The notes under the pieces were generated by a model. The model saw only the letters and a list, made by a program, of their open reading frames with translations. It made no database searches and was not told the origin of the DNA. Position numbers and translations under genes: made by a program. From Orbicella franksi (lineage: Eukaryota), in contig OZ116700.1 in assembly GCA_964199315.1 (NCBI GenBank), positions 32,116,001-32,180,000 on the forward strand: DNA of 64,000 nt, written 5' to 3'. Each line of letters opens with the position of its first letter. The first letter of the stretch is position 1. This document shows positions 24,801 to 36,400 of this stretch, piece after piece.

Positions 24801-27800
24801 TTTCTGCAAAAAGGTTTTGGATGCTTGAGCTTGATGATGAATCTGTTTTTGTAAGTTTTAGACACCTTGAAATTTATTGTTACATGTACAAGAACATAAT
24901 GGGACATACATGAAGTACAAAGGAATATATCTCAAGAGTTTATTAGGACTGTTTTGGTCTGGTCAGTGTCCTCAATTTGACATAAGAGTGTCTCTCCACA
25001 AAGGCAAAGAAAACTGGAGAACAGAAAATAATTTTAACATCCTAGGGGCACAGTAACCTGAGAGACAAAATGTGCCATAAGGAGAGGGTGGGATTGCGAT
25101 GGACTAGCATCCCATCCAGGGAGAGGAGAGATACTCTTAGTCACTTTACGCTACAGCCTTTACCTTTTGGAATTGTACATGGAACTCCACACTTACATCT
25201 CTTTTTGGTTAACTTTGGAATTTGAACATGGCTTGTTTCACCAGTGGATGTTGTTGGCTCCTCTGGAGGGGTATGAGGGGCTGATAATACCTGAGGGGTT
25301 GGGGGTGGTGTTACACTTGCAGTTTGAGAAATTACAGAAGTGGCTGCCAGTTGATTGGACCTTCGTTTAGCTTCTGCGTTCTCTTCAATAGTCCTATCTC
25401 TTCCTGGACAGGCACATATGCGTATATCTTGGGCTTTCCGTCCCAATACCATATTACTGAAAAAATAAAACAGGAAAGTACATTGTATACAATGTACATG
25501 TTGCTATTTTGACTGTTATGTTTTTGGTACAAAATACTTCTATATATAACATATAGCTGTTTTTGCTAGTGTATAAACAGAAGTTAATGTTTAGCTCAAT
25601 TGACTTTCCCTTCAGTTGATTCTTTCAAGTACATTTCCTGTGAGTGTTTCTTTGTACTTTGTATTGTTACATGATGCCGCCTACAGTATGTTGAGTACAC
25701 TGGACTTCAAATTGAGATCATTGTTATTCCTACGACTTTTCACAATATTAGGACCAACAATTCAGGGCTTGAAAACAGTGCTGTTGGACAGTAGTCCGGG
25801 ACAAGTAGTTTTTCCTGGCAGGCAAGTAACTTCCATTCTTACTTGCTGGCCGAAGGGGAAGGGTTTGGGCAAGTTGTCCACCAACTAAATTAAAAACTTG
25901 CCCAGGGCGAGCAAAATTTGAGAGCTGCTTGTCCAGAGGGCAAGCTGGAATTCACATTTTTTCGGAGCCCTTATTATGCTTGCAAAGTGCTGATTTCTCA
26001 CTAGCTTGTGTGTCAATCCAAGCTTACACGTAAATTCTGATCATTATCGTATCTTGTACATGAATCTCAATGCTTGAGAAAATAGTGATGCTAGCATTGC
26101 ATGCACTTTAGTAACAAAAAAAATTGATTTCTAAGTACCATATTAATCCAAAACTTACTTTAACTCCAGGGTAAAAACCACAATGATGGGCCGTCTATTC
26201 AAACCACCAGGACATGAACTGAAGCACATGAATTGGAACATATTGGTCACAAAGTCACTGCCAGCTACAAAATAAAAATGAAAAGAAACATTGAATTTAC
26301 TATGAAATGGTGTGTTGTATCCGTCATTGATCTACAAAATATAACTGAATGTTTTTGTCTGTTAAAGCAGCATAATTACTACTGGGGATGACTGTTGATT
26401 AAAAGATTCAGCTGAGGGTATTTCTTGTTGTTGCAGTAACTAACATGTACTTGTGAGGGCATAGTGTAGTACTGTATCTCTGGAATCTTTTTATATCATC
26501 AGTCATCATAGCCCCAAGAAATTGCCAAGCTTCCAACTTACCCTGTGGTGAGTCCAAAGGAATTATTATACTGTGTCTTCCAGTCTCTGGGCAGGTCACA
26601 TAACTTGTTCTTGGATTTTCACATCTCAGAATATGCTTAGGAGCATGATGGCCTGATAGTGACAGTGAAACTACATGTAAATGAATTACCATCTTACATG
26701 TACAGCGTAAATTTAATTCTGTAAAATTTAATTTTCATTCTGTTACAGTACATGTACATACCGGTAAGTACATCTACACATAACATTACATCTACCATAA
26801 AAACAAGTGTGTAACACCCAAATAGCTGACTGGATTTCTTCTCATTTCTGAAGTAGCAAATGCATTTGGAAATGCAAGGAAAGAAAATGGAAACTAACCA
26901 TCCTTGTGTTGGGTGATGTGATTGGGGCATCTTTCTACAATTTCCCGATAATGGTCTGGCTGTCTGTATATCACCACCACTCGAACATACAAACCGGATG
27001 CAGGAGGTGGAAAAACTGCAACAAAGACCAAGTTGCCATGAGCACATTTTTAGAGCCACGAAAATAACAAAAAGGTCAACAGAAAATCAGTAAGTCAGAC
27101 AGCAATGTCCTAACCTTGCAGTTTAAATCTAAGAGGTACAATACATCTCATTTTCACAAATAATTTCTTTAGGGATGGCGAATAAGTCCATTGCACTGAC
27201 TTTGTCACAGGCCCTTTCTCTTCCTGGAAACCAAGGTCGAAACCATAACTCCCAGGAAAATCAGTATTGCATACTATTAATGGCTGCGGAATGGGCTGTT
27301 CTGGAGGTGGAGTGGCCATTGTCGATGGGATGATTGGGTTTTCCTCTGGTTCCCGTTTGAAATGCGTAAGTTCTTGTCCAACGAGATCTGATCGAAAACT
27401 GTTGTCTTGCAATAACAGGGGGAATTCATTACCCTGCCAAGCAAATATAATTTGAAATTCTAAAAAGCTTGCAAGCTGATTGTCCAATTAAAAGCAACAC
27501 TAATCTGACTCTCAAAGCCTGTTGTTTTACAATTTTTCAAGAAAACTAGCGAGTGATAAAAATATGAAGGGCAATTAAATACCGTAGAATTCTGAAAGTA
27601 ACAGCCCTGTTACTTTTGCATTTAGCAGGCAATAGGGGCTGCAACTTTTGGGTAGCCGTAACGTTTGTACAGTTACTCATAGTCATTTCAGACAAAGCAG
27701 ATGTGTAACATGTCTAATATGAAGTTAACAGTTCCTTTTATGAATGTTAAGTAACACCCACAAAAACAGTGCAGGCTCCAATTGTTGAAACTGAAGGGCA

Positions 27801-29254
27801 AAAGTAATGGTCACATTGTGACTAATTGATCACGGTTCAATAGGAAGGTAAAAAATTAACGTTACTTTCGGGAAGGCGTTATTTTTGGCGGGACTGTTAC
27901 TTTCGGAATTCTATGGAAACTATGGAAAGTGTTGACTGAAAAGACAAAATTGAGCCTTAAATAATAATATGAGAAGGGGCTGCAGTTTAAACAGATTTGA
28001 CAGAATTACAACTTTAAAGTCAAAAGTGTTATACCTCAGGTCTTACGACGCCAACACAGTCCAGGGTCATCTGCACATTTTCTGAAATCACAAAACCTAG
28101 ATTCAATTAACCTGCATGCACATACAGTTCATACATACATACCACATGTACATGTAGGTAAGTTGATACCAATGTTGTCCTGTAGTACAACCAGAAAATA
28201 AGTACATGATATAGAAAGCAAGTTTCCAACCCTGTTTCCTACCCAGTTACGTTCTTGCCTTGATACATGTATATCCAAAAGGATTTGTAACCATTACTAA
28301 TACTGTGAGCTAAAAACATACCATGTATATTCTCATCTGTTAGCTGTATAATCGTTGGTGCCATCTGACATTCAGTCTGAATCCTAAAAAGACACAGTAA
28401 CATTTAATAACAAGTTTTACACTGATAAAGTTAACTCTAACTTTGTTAACTTTAAGCTCGTGGTAGGTACAAGGGATGATTATATTGAGGCCTCGAGCTA
28501 CTGTTTTTCTTTTTATTCTAAGCTTTTTTGTCGATCTACGGCATTATCAGTCTCTTTTATTAATTACCCAACATGCTACCGAAGGACAACCTCACATGTC
28601 CATGGAAGGTACTTTGTTGTTCAATACGTACTAAGGTTGAGATTGGAAGCTGTGTGTGAACACCAACGAGGATCACTGTTTTGTGTTCTTTGGAAAAATA
28701 CTAAACCGACAGTGCCCCCCGCCCGCTAAGACCTGTTGTCATACAGGAAAGTCAAACACACAGACTAAGCCCCATGTTTGGACCATGCATGATCCCAAAG
28801 TTTTCACATCTGCTGGACCTTTTACTCATGACCATCATTGTGGACTTACTGTTTTATTGGGTCTTGTCAATTTGAGCAAAGCAAGCGTGTGTTTAAGTAA
28901 GCTTGGGGAGTAAGAGCCCGGCCCAACACCCCAAGGGGGTTCTGGCTAAAAGTGAAATGAAGTGAAAGGGAGTGAGGGCGACCATGAAGCGGGCAAAAAA
29001 ATAAAATGTCAATGGACTTCTTTGAAAAAAGGACGCTTTTTAGTCTCCTCCCTATGTCATCGTCTTATCTCTATCACCTCTAACCAACAGCTTCCAGGTA
29101 TATTAATTAAATTGCACCAACAAAATTTGTACTTGTGTAAGTCTTGCTGATTTTCAAAAGTACCCATGACATGTTCAAAGACATGATCAAACGTCTCTTG
29201 GGACATTATTGGCTCAAGTGAGCAGTTGGATGTCTGGGAGGATTGTTGAGACAT
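21801..29254 (-). CDS. TP63-like: p53/p63/p73-family transcription factor (about 504 aa; TAD, DBD, p63/p73-type oligomerisation domain, SQ-rich linker, TID-like C-terminus)
   Basis: Exons on minus strand: 29164-29254, 28047-28081 (alternative donor 28035), 27115-27433, 26899-27015, 26542-26652, 26159-26264, 25197-25456, 24265-24371, 23674-23774, 22706-22799, 21801-21974; total 1515 nt, all phases match. Motifs: [90 protein letters not shown]. Zn ligands and DNA-contact Arg equivalents are intact. Paralogue name is approximate. Confidence 0.95.
22915..23263. mobile_element. MITE in p53-family intron
   Basis: 14-bp TIR GGTGCTTGCCATTT / AAATGGTAAGCACC (1 mismatch), with a tandem duplication of ACAAATGGTAAG at the right end. 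Confidence 0.75.
24732..24773. repeat. Degenerate hexanucleotide repeat (GATAAT/GATAGC/GATAGT)n
   Basis: Read directly. Intronic. Confidence 0.85.
25763..25971. mobile_element. hAT-like MITE (CAGGGCT...AGCCCT ends) with GGCAAG/CTTGCC subterminal repeats
   Basis: Short TIR and repeated internal motifs. No 8-bp TSD found, so the superfamily is tentative. Confidence 0.55.
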
Positions 29255-29793
29255 CGCGACCTGAAAGAAACAAACACCCAACATTTTCAGCAAGCCAAAT
29301 TATATAAAGAAAAATGGTTTGCAATATTGCAATATTGCATTAGAAAATACACGCTGGAACAGAGTTCTCTTTTTCTAGATGTCCAGTCACCGAGTCATTG
29401 TTTATTCTTAATCCCAGGGCCATAATCTTTTCGGTGAACATCAACAATGACAGCTATGACTGATTCAAAGTTGCAACTCATCAGTTCATGGACTTCTGTT
29501 CAAATCTGATTGGCTGACAATCTGATAAATGAATTCACAACTACAGAACCCGATGGAGGTCATTACTCTTGGTGCCGACAACAACACTGTCAGGTTGCCC
29601 ATGATTTGTTTGTTATGTTAACATGTTTGCAACGCTGGAGATGAAGACACAATATATGAAGACACAATCTGGGCGTAAATGATCAAACTCCTTGACCTGA
29701 CATCATGGTGGATGAATCAACCAATTAAAAGAATCAAACATTTGTTAATATTTCTCATCACACAACATTCTGGCTGGATCAGAAGTTTCAACT

Positions 29794-29829
29794 GGGGATG
29801 GCTGCAGGGGATGGCTGCAGGGGATGGCT
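29794..29829. repeat. 13-bp tandem repeat GGGGATGGCTGCA x2.8
   Basis: Read directly, upstream of the first coding exon of the p53-family gene. Confidence 0.85.
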
Positions 29830-30481
29830 AAATAATCAGCCATGGATGGAAATGTTTCATCACCGAACCCGCCATTTAAAGTTTGGAGAGTTTTTAAACA
29901 AGAATGCAAATTATTATTAAAGGAACTTTAAAAGGTCAAATTTCCACATACTCTAATGATATAAGCTTACTGTGATCAGAAGTCAGCCAAGAGAACAAGA
30001 ATTATTCTTCAGTGCAGATTTGTTTGGTCCAGTGATGAGGCTATCGTGTAATAACAAGAGTTTTCGTCAAAGTCTGGTGTCATATTTTCGGAGATTGAAT
30101 TGATAACTCAACAATCAATTTTTGTCTATCAAAGTTTGACCTGCCCTTAGCTTGGCTAAATGCATGGAATTCAACTTTCAAACTTTCAGGTGCCCGAAGA
30201 TTTACAAAGTAAGGCAGGTTTTAGCTAAAAGCAAGAAAATTAGAAGCCACATGAATTAGTTTTGTTCTACTTGCACAAAGAAGAAACAAACACAACTTCC
30301 GATGTAAACAATGAAATTTACACCGCCTATGAGAGCGAAATCAAACCAAAAATTATACCCGCAACATAAAACAATATGCATTGAAGACTTAATGATGTCC
30401 GAGATCTACTTTGTTTTGCAGACAATGAACCGTTAAACGCCAAACCTCGGATAAAGAACCATTATCAGTCACAGAGAATCA

Positions 30482-30820
30482 ACTTACTTCGATATCCACT
30501 TCAGTCTGTCTAGCGCTAGAAAATTATAATACTGTCAAATAAACCATCCCAGTTTTCATGCTACTACCGAGATTTCAGTGCAACATTTCGATTGCGTAGG
30601 AGAAAAACAAGGAAGGCCATCCACAACGCGGAAGGATTCCACTTGCCTTACTTAGAAGAGCGAATTGTACCGCAAAGTCTTCACACCACCATCGTCGATC
30701 GAACCACGCGGGCTTCCGAACCTGCATTATCAGCATCCATTTATTCGCTCGGAAAACTGGAACGAACCAATCAACGATGCGGTTAGTTCACACTATGCAA
30801 CGAAAAACCAATAGAAACGC
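30482..30820 (-). promoter_or_regulatory. Probable promoter and non-coding first exon(s) of the p53-family gene
   Basis: Strong minus-strand donors GTAAGT (30482-30487) and GTAAGG (30646-30651), CCAAT motifs near 30767 and 30808, and a shift to CpG-rich sequence. Confidence 0.5.
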
Positions 30821-30951
30821 TCTATTTATCGACACTTCTTTTCCACGTGGTTTTTCAGAAATAGAAGCAGAAACTAAAAGGGAAACCTCGATATCGACTG
30901 ATGAGATGAAAAGATATCGTGACTGAACGCAGACAACGACTCTTCGCACTC

Positions 30952-30994
30952 CAATTCAATTCAATTCAATTCGATTCGATTCAATTCGATTCAA
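30952..30994. repeat. Pentanucleotide repeat (CAATT/CGATT)n
   Basis: About 8.5 units read directly. Confidence 0.9.
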
Positions 30995-31786
30995 GGACAA
31001 TCAACTTCAAACAATCAACAGCTTTTCTTGTATTTCCTTTCGTGACGATGCTTGAGCTTCTAAATATCGTACGCCATTCTCAAAGCTTTGCGCTAAACGC
31101 AAAAATACTTCATGTCGACTTTGGCTAGCTTTGCAGCACAGGAAATTCACACCAGAATCTCTTTTCTAGCGGGTGTGAATTTCCGTTGTCTTTTGGCGGG
31201 AAATCGGGCAAGATCAGTCTTGCCCGATGTGAATAAAGCTTTAATTCATGCAAATTTCATCTACTTGCAAACTCGAACAATAAAATACACGGTGGAGACA
31301 ATTTGTCGCCGCTTGTTGACAGATGATAAACGGGAGCAAAATGTGCAATCGGCTGTAAGCGTTATCATTGGAGGACGTGAGTTTTCTCAACCTAAATCGT
31401 CAATATACCAGGGGAAAAACTCTGTTGAAGCATAAACAATCAACTTCAATTCTGATTGCCAGAACCCAAATTTTTAGCAATTTTTTTATATATTTCTGTA
31501 TTAATTAGTGAAAAAAGAGTAATAAAGAGGATGTTGTTGTTGTATTTTTTCCGAAGGAAAGCGTTTTATGACCGTTTATCTTTTTGGAGGAAATTTGCAT
31601 CTCACACAGTCCTCACAGTTATGATACTTTTTATTCACCTGTACGCCATATAAACCTGCCAAACCGTGTTTCATGTTTCATGTCTTTAAATACGTATAAA
31701 TAGCAAACTACTTTCATTGACGATACAAATTAATCATTGTTGGCAAGGAACGAATCGCACGAGCCGAGTCAGCTGCCGGACCATAG

Positions 31787-32396
31787 CCCGGGAGGGCCGG
31801 GAGTGCTCTTCAGAAATTTTGAAAAGAACCCATTACAGGGTACCAAGATCCTGTTTTGTAGGGCGTGGCGTGACGTAGCAATTCTGCGACAAAATTGAAA
31901 TTCAGTCGATTTTCAAATATCTCCTGTCGCACTTTTCAGCTCAATGTCCTAAAAGGTCTCGCAAAACCTCCCGCTGTGGACCTTTTGAGGTTGAACACCC
32001 TATTATAGAGGTACCAAAACCGCTTTTTTTAACTCCTAAAAGGTACGACGAATCGCGAGTACCCTCGTCCTTTTTATAGCTGGTTTTCACATGACGTCAC
32101 TAAAATTCGAACTACAAAACTATTGATCCTCCTGAGATTTTACTTTAATGATGTATAAGAGCAGTTGAAAACTAATACTCATACAAATTTTCGCTCCGAA
32201 TGGGTTCTTGGTTTTGTGATACAGTACGCTTGAATTTCTAAGCTTTTGCGTAACGCGGCATTTACATGACGGCCTATAGAGCGGTCATGATGGTTAAAAA
32301 AGTGACTTATTTCGAGGAACTTGACCATCTGAACAGTTCATGTCTCAGAAAAAGTATTATTTTAATGTTTTAGAGTTCCTTGAGGGATAAATTCAG

Positions 32397-32430
<34 letters not shown>

Positions 32431-32476
32431 GTTGGTTTCCGGCCGCCATGTTGGTGCCCATACGGATGGGCACCAG

Positions 32477-32510
<34 letters not shown>

Positions 32511-32703
32511 GTAAAAAATTTCTCCGCGTATCTCGCATAAGAAAAATTGCTGTGATCAGAATTTTGGCGATAGTCTTTGCATATTTACCTTCTTTTATTT
32601 CCCAGATCCTGGACTTTATCTATTGACCGGATGTGATTTTTATTTTGATCTACTTTGGAATTGCGTGACACTGAAAACGAGCAATATGGAAACCCCCACC
32701 CCC
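31787..32703. mobile_element. Host MITE (same family as 41912-42230) interrupted near its right end by a second element
   Basis: Shares blocks such as CAGAAATTTTGAAAAGAA, GGGCGTGGC, ATCTCCTGTC and GCTGTGGACCTTTT with 41912-42230. The right terminal motif is split by an insert. Confidence 0.75.
32077..32684. mobile_element. Nested about 608-bp non-autonomous DNA transposon, TA-flanked
   Basis: Imperfect TIR TAGCTGGTTTTCA versus TTGCTCGTTTTCA (reverse complement of right end, 11/13). TA on both sides. Confidence 0.7.
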
Positions 32704-33237
32704 AGACCATACCCGCTATGAGAAAGGAAAACAGTGCACTGGTCAACTAAAACTCACAACTTTTACATAATATTGTATTTATATGTTGAAAAATTGTTTA
32801 TATTTATGCTCAGTCATTTGAAAGCCTGCCGGAGTGCTTGACTCAAAATTATGCCATGTAACTTCTAAATAAAATTCCTAAGCCTAGACTCCTATGCGGG
32901 GTAGCTATGACACCCCGCCGCGAGGGTTTCAAATGCTTTATTTTATACTGAAAGAAAGGAAGTCTTGGAATCTGCCCATTCAGCAAGGAAACAGTTAGAC
33001 ACTTCGTCGTAAGCATTTTGGGCCGTTGTTTTAACTGTATACTGTTTTAATCCAGAGCTATGTCTTGGTTTCAACTGTATACTTCAGATAACTTGCTAAT
33101 AATACAAGGGATTAGCGCCCACCGTGGTGTTAAATAATTTTCTGTCTAGAAATTTTAGGTAGCTACAGGTCCTACAACAAAACGCGTCTGGCGGAAGTTG
33201 ATTGCAATGTATTAAAACAAAAAGTTTACCAGTAGTA

Positions 33238-33480
33238 GAGGGTGGTACAGGGGGGGTATAGATCACGTTTCACGGAAAATAAAGCAGCCCTTTCACAATT
33301 CACGAAAATACAACATTGGCATTTCACGCTTCACGGAAAATAAAAGAGAACGTTTTGGAAAATCACGGCTCACGGCGACTATGGAAATCACGATTCACGA
33401 GGGAAAAAATGGCTATTTCACATTTCACAGGAAATAAAAAGGGCCGATCACGGGTCACGAAAATACCCTTTATCAACCTC
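33238..33480. mobile_element. MITE with internal TCACG..TCACG(G)AAAATA repeats and 6-bp TSD GTAGTA
   Basis: GTAGTA at 33232-33237 and 33481-33486. Imperfect TIR GAGGGTGGTACAGGG / CCCTTTATCAACCTC. Confidence 0.75.
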
Positions 33481-36400
33481 GTAGTATAATGACTTTACAT
33501 AAATCTCTGTCAGTATTTACTCATTCTGGCCGCCAAATAGCAAAACACTGAGAATTACCAATGAACCACCACGAATTGAAGGCAATTTTTTAATACATAT
33601 TAGTCGACGTAAGCTATTTGCTTGTTCAGTTTGCAATACTGGCTATATTGCCAATTTTTACAAAGAAACGTATACAGGGGGCAACGCTTGCTCCCTATAG
33701 GCCCTGGCGTAAAATCCCTATGTAACTTGGCAAGTTTGGGGGGCATATTTTCATAAGTTTAATTTCCAACGGAGTCCCACGAAACTTCGCATATTTCTAC
33801 ATGATAAATCGAGCGGTGAGGCTTCTTCCGAGTCGTCGTTGGATGAAAAAATCGGAAAAGCGTGACATCGTTAAAATAGATAGAAAGGTCCATTTCTCTT
33901 CTCAACCCAGCTTTCGCAATGGTCTTTATCGATCTATCCTGATGCCATACTTTAAAACGATCCGGCGAGTAGTGTATGTTTCGGGTGTATATTGCTTACT
34001 TGTTTTGGGAAACCAAAGATTTATCAGACAAAAGGCTTCCACGCTGAAACTGAAAGAGACATGCAGTGCAATCAGTCAACACGCGTTTACGCCCCTCGTC
34101 CCTCGTCCCCAATCTTGCTTGCAGTTCTCTTGGGATTCTATCCGCGCATACGATCAAATAAAAATACGAGAAAATAGAGGGCTGTGAACAGTCTATAATT
34201 GCTTCCCTCCGAGTCATTACTTCAAAATGTGAAAAAAGAACATTCGGAGTGTTTACAGTCCAACTTAGATTGCAAGATATCCGGGCGGGTGTTGTGCTCC
34301 TGACCTCGTATAACTACAATAAATAGATCAAACCATCAATTAATGAAGAAAGAGAGAGAAAAAGAAAACAGAAATACAAATAAATAGATAAACAAAAGAG
34401 TAAATGACATGCAACCCGCTATATAATGACAAGAGAGGAGTTGATCTTGTGCCCAGAACTGCTGTTCACTTCCCGTTCACTAGTGACCGAGCCTGTAGAC
34501 TAAGTACGAGTTAAGCGGGATCGAGTGTACTCCAGTGAACCGCCGGTTCACAATCGGATTACAGGCATTGCATTGTATCGGAATTTTATTTACTGTTTGA
34601 GGTTAAGTGAGTCGGGTTTGGTTTCATATCAAGACTCCAAAGAAATATGATAACTAACAGAACCGGTACGTGACAAAATTCACTTTAACTCGGTATATCC
34701 GCGGTCAGCATTTTAGTCATGTGAGAACCCTGCGCTTCCAAGGCCAAATTAGGAGTGAAACGTCCCTTCACTGACTGCAGGGCTACTTCGGGCTTAGGGT
34801 AAAAAAAATCCAGAAATTCTCACGACGGTTTAGCCGAGCACTGTAAGTTTCAATATCAGTTCTGAAGACAAGAACATTTCAAGAACATACTTATAGCGCT
34901 GAAAGGAAACGTGACTAAGGAAATACTTTCACGTACTGTAGTTCGTGCTTGCCATATTTCCTGTCAGTAACGAGTTTAAAAAGGTTGAGTAAGTGGGAAC
35001 TATTCGTGGGTTTGCGTCATCAAAGGATGTTTACACTACTGGCGATAAGCCAGAAACGAGAATCTGTGAATAAAGATGGATTTCATTGCCTGAGTCAGCA
35101 GCTACATATAAGATACTTTGTATTGCCTGTTCCGTCGGCCGTGGTACCCGTGCTCGCCGATCTTGTAAATTCAAGTACAATATTGTTGTTTCAATTAATT
35201 CTGGGACACTTTCAGTAAATTTACAAGTAACAAGATGTATTGATCTATTTTCCCCGGCAGCTTAGTGTATTTCATGTCGAATTTTCTCTATGGCGCAGTC
35301 TGTGGCAAATGATGAAAGTTTTTAGTTCATAAAGATGTCTGGATGCCAAAGACGTCCCTAAAAGCACCGACTGCCAAATAGTTAATCCAGTTGTAAACAC
35401 GTGTATACTACTCCACGTTTCACCTCACCAATCATTCATTTTGCTTGACTTCCTTTCGCCTTTCCCTGAGTCATAGGGTGTTGAGGGTTTCTGTAGGATA
35501 GCGAAGCCCACTCACAATTGAGTTTGAGTTCTGATGAGTGCAGGTATGATTTCTAAAAATATCATTTCTCATATTGCCAAAAATGACCATCTCTTAGATT
35601 GCGGGAGATTGTAATATCACATTGTAATATCCAACAGGGAGTTTTGGGCAGTCTAATCATGCTACCTAAAATAATTTAGGATAAATTACAAAATAAAAGA
35701 AAAATACCTCCGTGAAAGAAACTTGAAGCAAAATACAGTATGCAGTTTCTGTATTGGGACGGTGATGTTCTGTGCTAAACATAACGTACAGAACATGCAC
35801 AAAAATTATCACTTTTAACAAAAATCAAGTGCAAGCCGGATTACATCACACGCGCTTCGTCAGTTATAAGTGATCGGTTTCAGCTGGTTTATTTATAGGA
35901 CAGGTGGGTGTTTTAGCTAGGGAATTAAACATGACGTGATTAAGATTATGAGATGAAAAAGCATTATCTAGTCTACAATGTTTGTCCTCGGGATACTGTT
36001 AACACGTTCTCGATCGAAGAGGTCAGCGATGTTAAGCCTTCCTGCTATAGTTTGGCCTGAGATACTTTCAGTAAAGTAATAAATAAAGCCGTTTGCTTCC
36101 TAAAGAATGATGGTAGCTCGCTCTATTTCTCAATTTAATTTGCACAAATAAATTCATGCATCAATGACTGTCCAAGGTCCAGGCTTTCAATGGACTTTGG
36201 TGCATTTTTATGCACAAGTCAAACATCTGTACGTTTAAGTACAGAAGGACAAGGTTTGGAACATTGCGTTTTTAAGGGGTTGCTTTCAAAGACAATTGCG
36301 TCGCATATCTGTTTGTGCAGAATGTGCCAAATTTTCTAACTATATCAGTTTTCTGCATGGTAACTTGGTATGTACACCGACAAATTGTGAAGAGGAAATT

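Noticed and set aside
30952-30994. Short regular repeats here and at 33238-33480 and 44551-44845 considered as CRISPR arrays
   Set aside because: No unique spacers, no cas genes, eukaryotic context. They are tandem or TE-internal repeats.
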